From a bacterium (GTDB taxonomy: Bacteria > Patescibacteriota > Minisyncoccia > Moranbacterales > UBA2206), in assembly GCA_029567195.1 (NCBI GenBank), contig JAKQLJ010000023.1:4626-68625 (forward strand): a stretch of 64,000 nt of DNA. Reading direction: 5' to 3'. Shown here in pieces: positions 52,778-61,689 of this stretch. The notes beneath the pieces are model-generated. The model did not search any database and was not told where the DNA came from. It was given only the letters and a program-made list of their open reading frames with translations. The position numbers were made by a program, and so were the translations under genes. Positions within the stretch are counted from its first letter, which is position 1. Each line of letters begins with the position of its first letter.

Positions 52778-53095
52778 TTAATCTGTCCTGATGGTAGCGC
52801 TTTTAAATGGCCACCCAACGCACACGATTACGTCAGTTTCCCTTTTCGCAGGGTTTGTTGCTTTTGCTTTGAACATAGCATTGTCACTGCCGCTACAACC
52901 ACGAAAATAGACAAAAAGCCATTCTTTTTCAAGAATCTGAACGTTCTCGTAACCCTGCTTCTCAAGTGCTCTTATGGCAATGTCAGGTTTTACAAAAATC
53001 CCGAAAAAAAATGAACAGAGTGTGAAGATCATTAACAGGACCGAAAGTAAAATCATTAACACCCCCACCCATTGACCTTTCTCATTTCGTGACAT
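52778..53095 (-). CDS. Hypothetical membrane-anchored protein (105 aa), G+C-richer islet
   Basis: SD gaggaggtgataaaATG. One TM helix, then a soluble domain ..ALEKQGYENVQILEKEW..GCSGSD... It has its own consensus promoter and terminator. Confidence 0.65.
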   Translation of the reverse strand: MSRNEKGQWVGVLMILLSVLLMIFTLCSFFFGIFVKPDIAIRALEKQGYENVQILEKEWLFVYFRGCSGSDNAMFKAKATNPAKRETDVIVCVGWPFKSATIRTD

Positions 53096-53182
53096 TTTAT
53101 CACCTCCTCTTCAAAAATTCCTAGAAATAACCTTGAAACCCCTCCTGTTTGAGAAGTTTCGTTCTTTGATAAGTGACCTTAC

Positions 53183-53210
53183 ATTATAAACCATCAAACC
53201 AAAATGTCAA
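53183..53210 (-). promoter_or_regulatory. Consensus sigma70-type promoter for 52778..53095
   Basis: Minus strand TTGACA (53205-53210), 16 nt, TATAAT (53183-53188). Confidence 0.6.
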
Positions 53211-53280
53211 GGAGTGGATTTAAAAAAATTAAAAAGAAAAAAACAGCTTGTTATTCTTCTGGGAAAGAATTCCATATTCT

Positions 53281-54927
53281 TTATATTCCGCTCACCTCGC
53301 TTGTATCTTCTATGATATCCTTTTTGGCCCTAAAAATTCTTCTGGATATGGAATGTTTGAAATCCAAAAATTCCTGTGATTTCAGAGCGTAACAGGTGCC
53401 AATAAAGATAATTCCGCCTAAAAGAGCGGCAAAAGACAATTGGGAAAAGACGCCTAAAAATGTATCCATATCAACAAAGTCGGAAGCCAGATGCTTTCCA
53501 AGCTGAATTCCTATTCCACCCAAAAAAGAAGCCAAGGCGATGACGGAAACGGAACGGAAAATTTTTCGATCGTCAAGATTTTCAAATTTTGTTCTAAGAA
53601 TGAAAAGCAATAAAATCATTTGCACGACGCTAGAGAGAGAAAAAGCAATGGCCAGTGACAAAATTTGCACTTTTCCAATCAGGAGAATTACAGTAATAAT
53701 GTTCAAAAATTCGGAAAAAATAGCCACGTAAAAAGGGGTTTTAGTGTCATGCATGGCATAGAACGACCGCGCCAAAAGCGGAATAAGGCTTTGGGCAAAA
53801 AGGCTAGCGGCCAAAATTCCCAGACATTGAAAAGTCAAAGTGGTATCTTCCCAATCGAATTTTCCCGCTCCTAAGATTACCCGGACAAGTTGCGCCCGAA
53901 GAAGAATGATAAAAACGCTTAAAGGTATGACGAAAAACAAAATTTGCCTGAATACTTGGGAAAAAGAATTCACAAAATTGTCGTTGTCTTTTTTGGCAAA
54001 AAATGAAGAAAGCGTGGGAAAAACGGCAATAGAGAAAGAGATGCCAAAAATTCCCAGCGGCACACTCTGAAGATTTTGGGCAAAATTAAAAATAGCCAGA
54101 GATCCGGAAGCTAACATGGAAGCAAAAATGGTTATTACTAAAAGATTGATCTGATTTATGGCGATGCCCAAGGTTCTCGGCACCATTAATTTCAAAACTC
54201 GCCGGATATTTTTATCTTTAAAACATTTTATGCTCTGCCAACTATGGCGATATCCCAAATCTCTTGCTGCCGGATATTGGATTACCATATGGAGAAAAGC
54301 TCCCAATACCACTCCCCATGCCAATCCTATCGGTCCCCAGAATTTAACAAAAACCAAAACACCGATAATAATTCCGATGTTATAAAAAATTGGCGCTAAG
54401 GAATAAATAAAAAATCTTTTAAAAGAAGTGAGAATGCCTCCAAAAATACCGCTGATGCCCAAAAATAGCGGACTTAAAAACATAATTCGGGTAAAGGCCA
54501 CTACTTTTTCCAGCTTTTCCGGAGAAAATCCTGGAGTAATAATCCTCATTAAAAACGGAGCAAAAATACAAAATATCAAAGAAAAAGCAATGATAGAAAA
54601 AATGGCCAAATTCATCAGACCATTAGCCAATTTCCAAGCATCTTTGTTTTCATTTTTGGAAATAAGACCGGTAAAGACAGGGATAAAAGCGGCTGATAAG
54701 GCTCCTAAAATCAATAGGTTATAAATCAGATCCGGAATACGAAAAGCGGCATAATAAACATCCAGAGTGTCGCCGGCTCCAAAAGAAGAAGCCAAAAAAC
54801 GATCTCTTAGGAGTCCCAGCATCCGGCTGGCCAGACCGGCCACGGTAATCAAAAATGCGGCACTGGCAACTGTTCGGGAAGGATTGGAATTAGTCAGCAA
54901 TTTGTGATTGAATATTTTTTTTATCAT
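53281..54927 (-). CDS. murJ: Lipid II flippase MurJ/MviN
   Basis: 14-TM MOP-family pattern with an N-terminal GLASRMLGLLRDRFLASSFGAG..LDVYYAAFRIP. Confidence 0.9.
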   Translation of the reverse strand: MIKKIFNHKLLTNSNPSRTVASAAFLITVAGLASRMLGLLRDRFLASSFGAGDTLDVYYAAFRIPDLIYNLLILGALSAAFIPVFTGLISKNENKDAWKLANGLMNLAIFSIIAFSLIFCIFAPFLMRIITPGFSPEKLEKVVAFTRIMFLSPLFLGISGIFGGILTSFKRFFIYSLAPIFYNIGIIIGVLVFVKFWGPIGLAWGVVLGAFLHMVIQYPAARDLGYRHSWQSIKCFKDKNIRRVLKLMVPRTLGIAINQINLLVITIFASMLASGSLAIFNFAQNLQSVPLGIFGISFSIAVFPTLSSFFAKKDNDNFVNSFSQVFRQILFFVIPLSVFIILLRAQLVRVILGAGKFDWEDTTLTFQCLGILAASLFAQSLIPLLARSFYAMHDTKTPFYVAIFSEFLNIITVILLIGKVQILSLAIAFSLSSVVQMILLLFILRTKFENLDDRKIFRSVSVIALASFLGGIGIQLGKHLASDFVDMDTFLGVFSQLSFAALLGGIIFIGTCYALKSQEFLDFKHSISRRIFRAKKDIIEDTSEVSGI

Positions 54928-54942
54928 ACACGCAAAAAATTA

Positions 54943-57522
54943 TTATTTTTTCGTTAAAGCTAAGCCTATAAATTTATCGGTATTAAGAACACTCTCCATT
55001 TTAATTTCATTTTTTCCTTCTGCCAAATTAGCGCCGGTTATTTTTTCCGCAGGATGTTTCCAGATGATGTTGTATGAATCAGGATATATTATTTTTGATA
55101 ACAATTGGGAACCGATACTGCCTGATTGCTTTTGAAAGAGAACAGAAAAGGTGTCAGCCGGCTTGGTTTTGGAATCAGTTTCAATTGTGAACGGCAATTT
55201 ATAAGAATATTTAACCTCTACTGTTTCCTGGGGACTGACATAGACCCAGTTGGCAAAAACCGTCTTTCCGCTGTCTTCATAAATGGCTGTGCCCGATTCT
55301 TCGTCAATTTTCATAACGCCTTCCTCCATTTCCACCTGTGGGTCTTTTTTAAATCCTAGTGCCCTGTAGTCCAGAGGCGGGGAAACAAATTCTCTGGTTT
55401 GTCCGGAAGCAGAAATTAAGGTCGATCCCTTTGGTACGTAAACGCGCATGTAATCGGAGTTTACCTTATTCCACCATTCAAATTGATTATTTCCGCCGTT
55501 GTGATGCCGGGTAACGGTAATAGTATCAATAATGGAACCGTCATTTTGAATTTCCGCCTGATGCTCTATTTTTTCCTCTATTATTCCATCAGTTTTGTAA
55601 CCGTTGATATTGGTATTTATAACGGAAAGATAATCTTTTTGGGTATCCAAAACTTCTCCGCTCCAACCGCGTGCAGAAATCATTTTTTCAATATCATAAT
55701 TCATGGAATAAATGAGAATATGTTTTTCGTTTAAGCTATCGATAAGAATTTTCATAACCTTGGCCGTATCAGAAAAATCCTTGGCGTTGAATATCTGATC
55801 GAGAATTTTCGGCGCCAGATCGGCTAGGATTTTCTTCGGCTGGTTCAATTCCTTGTCGTAATCCACTTCCACTTCGTATTGGATTTTTTCGATAAAATTG
55901 TCTTTGTCTACTGTTACGTCATATTCCGGCATTTCAATCGGTCCGGTTACTTCCAAAAGTTTTTGCATAACCGTCGGAGTCATAGTGATTATTCCGTCTA
56001 CAGTTGGTCCGCCGGTTTTTTCATAAAACCAGGCAGCTTTTTCGGCGCTTTTGGGAAAATCAGGAAACCAATTGCTGTCATGAAGGCTCCAGGCGGCGCT
56101 TATTTTTTGGACAGGAGTTGGCGGAATGACTTTTTCCCTGAGTTGCCCGTCCGGATTAAAAATTCCATCCACAAAGAATTTCCTTACCCGACCGTTGAAG
56201 ATATCCAAAATACCGTAAGTGCCGATAAAACCGCCGGTGGCTCTCATTTCCTGGTTATTTTGGAATAAAAACAAATATTTTCTGGGACCGTTTCCTCCCA
56301 AAACATCGGTAAAAATTTTGCTTTCACCGACAAACTGGCTAAGAGAATCGTTGATTTGCGGCAATTTATCTCTCAGCTCAATAAACTTTTCCCGTTGGTT
56401 TTCCGGAATATCCGCCATATCAACATCCTCTAAATTTTTTTCCAAGTCTTCCATCAAAAGAGAAACTTCCTTCAGGTTTTTGTCCGTTTCCTGAAAAATT
56501 TGTAAAAAAGATATGGTATCCGCATTTTCGCCGCTTAGAGGGTTATTTACTTTATTTATCAAGGATAAAATTTCGGATATTTTCATCCCGATTTGGGATA
56601 TGTCTTTTCCGGCTTTTGCCAGATGCGCTCCGGAAGAAATTTTGGAAACGAATGGCAGATATTTGGAAGACTCAACAACAATGCTTCCTATGGCATTGAC
56701 ATCATTGGAAATTTGCGAAAAATTTTCCTCGGCCTGACTAAACTCCAGGGAAGCTTTTTGAAAATCCCGATTGCTTAAACCGCTCTTTGCTTCCATAAGA
56801 TTGGCGTATGCTTCCTGTCCGCTTTGAAAAGCGGTATTTTTTATCTTGAGTCCCTGACCCAGAATATCCAAAGAAAAAATTATCAGAAGCAAAACCGCCG
56901 CCAAAGAAGCAAAAGATAAGATATTTTTTTTAAAATCGAGTCGTTGTTTTAGCCCTTGAAAAACGGAATAATTTTCCAAAAAACCGTCTGTTTTTTGATC
57001 GCTGGCATATTCGTCTTCATCCTCGTCTTCATCTTCACTTTCCTCGCTTTGCCAATAAGAATTTGCAGGAAAAATTTCATCCCATTTTTCACTTTTTTCT
57101 TGAATATGCGGAGAAGGCTCGCTAATGTCCTGAGTAAAAACCGGGCTTGTCAGTTCTTCTTCTTTTTCCGCTTCCCTCATCTCGCCCGTGAACTCTACCG
57201 AAATGTTTTTGACATTATCCAAATCTTCTGCGGCAATCGGGATACGGGGAATATATTTTAACCGTTCTTCCTTTTTTCTTTTTTCTTTTTCTTCTGCGAT
57301 TATTTTCTGAAAACGCCGCGTTTCCTGGTCGATAACTTCCGGTTTTTTTATGTCATGGAAAACATCCCCTATCTTGGAAGAGGTGCCGGAAAAATATCTT
57401 CTGGGTTTAATTCTCACAACCTTTTTAATTCTTCTCATTTTCTCCATATCCAAAACCCCGGAAGAATCAACCGGTCTGACATCAAACATCTGAGGAGTGA
57501 TAAATTCTTTCTTTTCCCCCAT
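54943..57522 (-). CDS. Large DUF4012-domain membrane-anchored protein
   Basis: A TM helix near residue 200 and the signature NNQEMRATGGFIGTYG. It has an acidic EDEDEDEDE tract. Confidence 0.8.
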   Translation of the reverse strand: MGEKKEFITPQMFDVRPVDSSGVLDMEKMRRIKKVVRIKPRRYFSGTSSKIGDVFHDIKKPEVIDQETRRFQKIIAEEKEKRKKEERLKYIPRIPIAAEDLDNVKNISVEFTGEMREAEKEEELTSPVFTQDISEPSPHIQEKSEKWDEIFPANSYWQSEESEDEDEDEDEYASDQKTDGFLENYSVFQGLKQRLDFKKNILSFASLAAVLLLIIFSLDILGQGLKIKNTAFQSGQEAYANLMEAKSGLSNRDFQKASLEFSQAEENFSQISNDVNAIGSIVVESSKYLPFVSKISSGAHLAKAGKDISQIGMKISEILSLINKVNNPLSGENADTISFLQIFQETDKNLKEVSLLMEDLEKNLEDVDMADIPENQREKFIELRDKLPQINDSLSQFVGESKIFTDVLGGNGPRKYLFLFQNNQEMRATGGFIGTYGILDIFNGRVRKFFVDGIFNPDGQLREKVIPPTPVQKISAAWSLHDSNWFPDFPKSAEKAAWFYEKTGGPTVDGIITMTPTVMQKLLEVTGPIEMPEYDVTVDKDNFIEKIQYEVEVDYDKELNQPKKILADLAPKILDQIFNAKDFSDTAKVMKILIDSLNEKHILIYSMNYDIEKMISARGWSGEVLDTQKDYLSVINTNINGYKTDGIIEEKIEHQAEIQNDGSIIDTITVTRHHNGGNNQFEWWNKVNSDYMRVYVPKGSTLISASGQTREFVSPPLDYRALGFKKDPQVEMEEGVMKIDEESGTAIYEDSGKTVFANWVYVSPQETVEVKYSYKLPFTIETDSKTKPADTFSVLFQKQSGSIGSQLLSKIIYPDSYNIIWKHPAEKITGANLAEGKNEIKMESVLNTDKFIGLALTKK

Positions 57523-57524
57523 AA

Positions 57525-58655
57525 TTATTTGTGAATGACGCCTTTATATATCTCGAGAGTTTCCTGGGCCATTCTTTTCCAATTGTATTTTTTTATTTGT
57601 TCGTAGCCTTTTTTAATCAATTCTTTTCTCAAATTTTCATCGCTGGCAATTTTTTCTATTTTCTGTGTTATGTCTTTTGTGTCATAGGGATCAAAATAGA
57701 GAGCGCTGTCTCCCAGAATTTCCAGAGCGCATGAATGACTGGAAATTATAACCGGCACGCCCTTAGCCATGGCTTCCAGCGGCGGCAATTCAAATCCTTC
57801 ATAAAGAGACGGCCGGACATACGCCAAGGCATTGTGAAAAATTATATCCAGTTCGTAGTCAGGAACGAAACCGGCAAAAATAACACCGCCGATCTTTTTC
57901 TCTTCCGCCATTTGCTTAAGCCGCAAATAAAAATAATCTTCCGCTCCCACAAAAACCAATTGCATATCCTTTCTTTTTTTTCTTGCTTCATCAAAACCAA
58001 AAATCAACCGTTCGGGATTTTTGTGCGGATAAGCATTGCCAACATACAAAATGTATGGCTTTATTATACCATACCTGGCGATAATTTCCTCGTCTTTATT
58101 GGGACTAAGCATACAAAAATCATCACAAGCTTCATAAGTTACTTTTATTTTTTCACTGGGAACTCGTTTATAATTCTTTAAAATGTCATCCTTGGTAAAT
58201 TTAGACACCGCTATCACCCGATTAGACCGGTAAATGGCTGATTTAATGACTATTTTATAGGCAAAAAATTTAAGCCAATACAAAAGCGGGCTAAGAGTCG
58301 TTCCTCGAACTGTAGGAAAATGAATCAGGATAAGATCGTGAATGGTTACCACGAATTTTTTAAAATAAAAAAGTGGCACATTAAAATGGGGAAAATGTGC
58401 CAAATCCAAGTTGTATTTATTTAAAAGCCGGGGGAATTTTATCTGTTCTTCCAGGCTATACCACTGGAAATCGGCTAAAATTTTCTTAAAATTTTTATTT
58501 TTAGGGATGTATTCGTTAAAATTCTCTTTTTTTAAAAAAATGAAATATTGATTGTCTTCATCAACCTTTTCCAAATTTTCTATTAATTTTTGGGTGTAAC
58601 GGCCCAGTCCTTTGCCGATGGGGCCGTAAAATCGGGCGTCTATTCCTATTCTCAT
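57525..58655 (-). CDS. Family 4 glycosyltransferase
   Basis: MRIGIDARF N-terminus and the C-terminal SLYEGFELPPLEAMAKGVPVI (EX7E). Confidence 0.88.
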   Translation of the reverse strand: MRIGIDARFYGPIGKGLGRYTQKLIENLEKVDEDNQYFIFLKKENFNEYIPKNKNFKKILADFQWYSLEEQIKFPRLLNKYNLDLAHFPHFNVPLFYFKKFVVTIHDLILIHFPTVRGTTLSPLLYWLKFFAYKIVIKSAIYRSNRVIAVSKFTKDDILKNYKRVPSEKIKVTYEACDDFCMLSPNKDEEIIARYGIIKPYILYVGNAYPHKNPERLIFGFDEARKKRKDMQLVFVGAEDYFYLRLKQMAEEKKIGGVIFAGFVPDYELDIIFHNALAYVRPSLYEGFELPPLEAMAKGVPVIISSHSCALEILGDSALYFDPYDTKDITQKIEKIASDENLRKELIKKGYEQIKKYNWKRMAQETLEIYKGVIHK

Positions 58656-58722
58656 AAGTTAATTATACCATATCAAAACAACCAGGCGCGAAATTGATCT
58701 GCTTGGTTGTTTTTAATTGCCA

Positions 58723-59886
58723 TTAAGCTTTGTTAAACAAATCAAGGGTTGCTCTGGCCGTTTTTTTCCAGCCAAATTCCAGCGATTTTTCCAGACCTTT
58801 TTTTGTTATATCTTCCCTTAATTTTTTGTCAGTTAAAACCTCTTTCATAGCTTTATAGATTTCATCAGGTTTATCAGGGTCGATAAGCAATCCGCCACCG
58901 CCTACCACCTCCGGCAACGAAGAATTATTGGAAGCAATGACTGGCACGCCGCATTTCATTGCTTCCAGCGGCGGAAAACCGAATCCTTCAAAGAACGACG
59001 GATAGACAAAAAGAGAAGCCAGATTATAAACGTATTCCTTATCCTCATCTCGGACAAAATTAATGACCTGGATTTTTTCTTTGTAATCTGATGTTTCTAT
59101 TTCTCTGAATATTTTTTCCTGCATCCAGCCTTTTTCTCCGGCAATGACCAGTTTATATTTAGTCAACTCTTCGTCCCCGGAAATTTCCGCCTTTTTTTGC
59201 CACCGGTTAAAAGCGCGGATGATGCCAAAAATATTTTTTCTCGGCTCAATTGTTCCCAGATATAAAATGAATTTGTATGGCAAGTCGTATTTTTCTTTAA
59301 TTTTGATCAATTTTTCGTCATTGCGATTGATTATTTTAAATTTATCGTCAACTCCGTTATGAATAACCATCACCTTTTCCGGGCTTATTTTATAAAAAGA
59401 AACCAAATCATTTTTGGAAGAAGAAGAAACGGCGATTATCTTATCGGCTTTTTGGCAGATTTTTTTAGGATTGATAAAAATGTGCCACATTTTTCTTTTA
59501 GGAGAAAAGTATTCGTTGTGGCGCTCAAAAGAAAGATCATGAATTGTGACAATAAGTTTGGCTTCCTTGCTTACCGATCCGAAAATAATATTGGGCATAA
59601 AAACGATATCCGCCCCGCCAGCAAGCTTGTCAATATGCGGCCAGCCCAAATACCAAAAGGAAAAATTAAGTATTTTGTTGGGAACACGCCACCTTTTTAT
59701 CCGAACATTTTTAAATCGGGAAAAAACAGAAAAATCAAATTTGGGATTTTTCCAGGAATTCAAAAAAAGAACATACTCGTTCTTAGTGTCGATTTCCAAT
59801 AAGTTCAAAATTAGATTCAAAAGATATTCCTCTACTCCCGTCCTCCTTCCCTCCATCAGGCATCGAGCATCTATGGCAATCTTCAT
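58723..59886 (-). CDS. Family 4 glycosyltransferase
   Basis: MKIAIDARCL N-terminus and SFFEGFGFPPLEAMKCGVPVI. Confidence 0.88.
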   Translation of the reverse strand: MKIAIDARCLMEGRRTGVEEYLLNLILNLLEIDTKNEYVLFLNSWKNPKFDFSVFSRFKNVRIKRWRVPNKILNFSFWYLGWPHIDKLAGGADIVFMPNIIFGSVSKEAKLIVTIHDLSFERHNEYFSPKRKMWHIFINPKKICQKADKIIAVSSSSKNDLVSFYKISPEKVMVIHNGVDDKFKIINRNDEKLIKIKEKYDLPYKFILYLGTIEPRKNIFGIIRAFNRWQKKAEISGDEELTKYKLVIAGEKGWMQEKIFREIETSDYKEKIQVINFVRDEDKEYVYNLASLFVYPSFFEGFGFPPLEAMKCGVPVIASNNSSLPEVVGGGGLLIDPDKPDEIYKAMKEVLTDKKLREDITKKGLEKSLEFGWKKTARATLDLFNKA

Positions 59887-59893
59887 ATGAAAA

Positions 59894-60499
59894 TTATTCT
59901 AAGTAGTGTTTTATCATCACTATCCAAAATCCCAAAAATAATCCGAGGAAAAAGGAAGCCAGCGCAATCAGGCCAAAATCGGGGTTGTTTTTGATAATAA
60001 CCGGGTTTTGAGCCATTATTTCAAACCAGGTATCTTCTTTTTGGTCCTTGTTTAAATTGGCAGTGGTTTCAGAAATTATCTTAACGACGGAAGAGGCTAT
60101 TTTTTCACTGGTTTTTTGATCAGAAGAGGAAAAAGATACGGCAATTATCTGGGAAGACATTTTTTCCACTTTAATTTTCTTTGCCAATTGCCTAAGAGTG
60201 GCGTTTTGAGTACTGATATTCGCTTCTTTATAAATATCCGCCACAATGCGCGGACTTTTCAGCCATTCCACTACCGTTTCGGCAAATTTTTCATCTGCCT
60301 GCAGACGATAAAAATCATCATAGCGAAAATCAGAAGTGTTTTGAATGCCTAATCGGGTGATATTTAGGGTCAGAGAAGTATTATACGAAACAGGCTGGAA
60401 AAAAAAGTAGCCCAGAGCTATCAAAACAATGAGCGCAACAACCGCTAAAAACAAGTTTGCGTTCTTTTTTAATATTTCTAAATATTCCTTAAGTTCCAT
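59894..60499 (-). CDS. Wzz-family chain-length determinant-like protein
   Basis: N-terminal TM helix followed by PVSYNTSLTLNI, and a C-terminal TM helix. Confidence 0.6.
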   Translation of the reverse strand: MELKEYLEILKKNANLFLAVVALIVLIALGYFFFQPVSYNTSLTLNITRLGIQNTSDFRYDDFYRLQADEKFAETVVEWLKSPRIVADIYKEANISTQNATLRQLAKKIKVEKMSSQIIAVSFSSSDQKTSEKIASSVVKIISETTANLNKDQKEDTWFEIMAQNPVIIKNNPDFGLIALASFFLGLFLGFWIVMIKHYLE

Positions 60500-60510
60500 G
60501 ATTTTTTAAT

Positions 60511-61608
60511 TCAATTTTTATGCTTTATATACTCTTTTTCCACGTAGTCTTTAATTTTATTCTTAAAAGCGCTTTTGTCAAATTTTCTAGCCTTTTCCCT
60601 GATAGAAACCGAATCAAACTCGATTTTTTCAAATCTCCCAACTGCCGCCACGATGTCCTCCGCTGTTTGATTGTCAAAGAAAATCCCATCCTTATTTTCC
60701 TCGATATGTTCCGGGATGTCCCCGCCTCGAAAAGCTATAAGTGGCCGTCCTGAAGCCAAAGCTTCAATAGCTACAATGCCGAAATCTTCTTCTTGCGGAA
60801 AGATAAAAGCCCGGCATTGGGAATAATATTTAGCCAAATCTTCGTCCGGCACCCGGCCCAAAAATTCAATGGTAGGACCGGCAATTTTTTGAAGCCTTTT
60901 TAACTCCGGTCCTCGACCGATGATTTTTAGCGGCAATTTCAGCCGGTTAAAAGCTTTTATGGCAATATCAAATCTTTTGTAGGCAATAAGCCGGCCGACC
61001 ATTAAAAAATAATTTCCCGTTTTTTCATTTACAAAAAAATCATCAAAATTTACCGGCGGATGGATTATTTCACTTTCCTTTTTATAATATTTTTTAATTC
61101 TCTTGGCAACAAATCGGGAATTGGCGATAAATCGATCCACTCTTTCGGCGCTGATTCTGTCCCAAAGCCGCAAATAATTCATTGCCAGAGGAACCAATTT
61201 CTTGATAAACCCCGGAAAATAAAAATCCTGGGTGTATTTATGGCAATCATCCCAGGCATAACGCATTGGCGTGTGCATATAACAAATATGAAGCGTTTCC
61301 GGACCGGTAATGACGCCTTTGGCAAAACTGGAAGAATCAGAAAGGACGATGTCATATTTGGAAAAATTAAATTGTTCGATGGCAATGGGCATAACTTGCG
61401 GAAATATACGGTGTTTACTGGAAGCAAAAGGAAATTTTTGGATAAAAGAAGTCCGGATATCCTTGTTCTCCAAAACTCCATGCATCATTTTTTTGTTATA
61501 CACCAAAGTATAAATCGGCGCGTCCGGATAAAGTTCGCAAAAACACTCCAGCACTCTTTCAGCGCCTCCATATTGAACCAAATAATCATGAACCAAAGCA
61601 ATCTTCAC
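60511..61608 (-). CDS. Family 4 glycosyltransferase
   Basis: (V/M)KIALVHDYLVQYGGAERV is the typical family N-terminus, reached from the GTG at 61608. The ORF track extends to a TTG at 61644, and there is an ATG at 61638. The C-terminal motif is PQEEDFGIVAIEALASGRPLI. Confidence 0.85.
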   Translation of the reverse strand: MKIALVHDYLVQYGGAERVLECFCELYPDAPIYTLVYNKKMMHGVLENKDIRTSFIQKFPFASSKHRIFPQVMPIAIEQFNFSKYDIVLSDSSSFAKGVITGPETLHICYMHTPMRYAWDDCHKYTQDFYFPGFIKKLVPLAMNYLRLWDRISAERVDRFIANSRFVAKRIKKYYKKESEIIHPPVNFDDFFVNEKTGNYFLMVGRLIAYKRFDIAIKAFNRLKLPLKIIGRGPELKRLQKIAGPTIEFLGRVPDEDLAKYYSQCRAFIFPQEEDFGIVAIEALASGRPLIAFRGGDIPEHIEENKDGIFFDNQTAEDIVAAVGRFEKIEFDSVSIREKARKFDKSAFKNKIKDYVEKEYIKHKN

Positions 61609-61686
61609 GTAACACGTAACACCTAACACATAACACATTGGCAATTTTAGTTGGGATGTTATGCGCTATGTGCTATGTGATACGTG
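61606..61686. repeat. Imperfect inverted repeat whose arms are heptamer tandem arrays
   Basis: Left arm: cacgtaa cacgtaa cacctaa cacataa cac (61606-61637). Right arm: gttatgc gctatgt gctatgt gatacgt g (61658-61686). It lies between the stop of 61690..63114 and the start region of the GT4 gene. Confidence 0.8.
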
Positions 61687-61689
61687 ATT

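Noticed and set aside
60511-61644. N-terminal extension MPMCYVLGVTCYV of the GT4 gene as given in the ORF track.
   Set aside because: The family-typical N-terminus (M)KIALVHDY starts at the GTG at 61608. The extension is just the translated heptamer array. The true start remains uncertain and is discussed as a finding.
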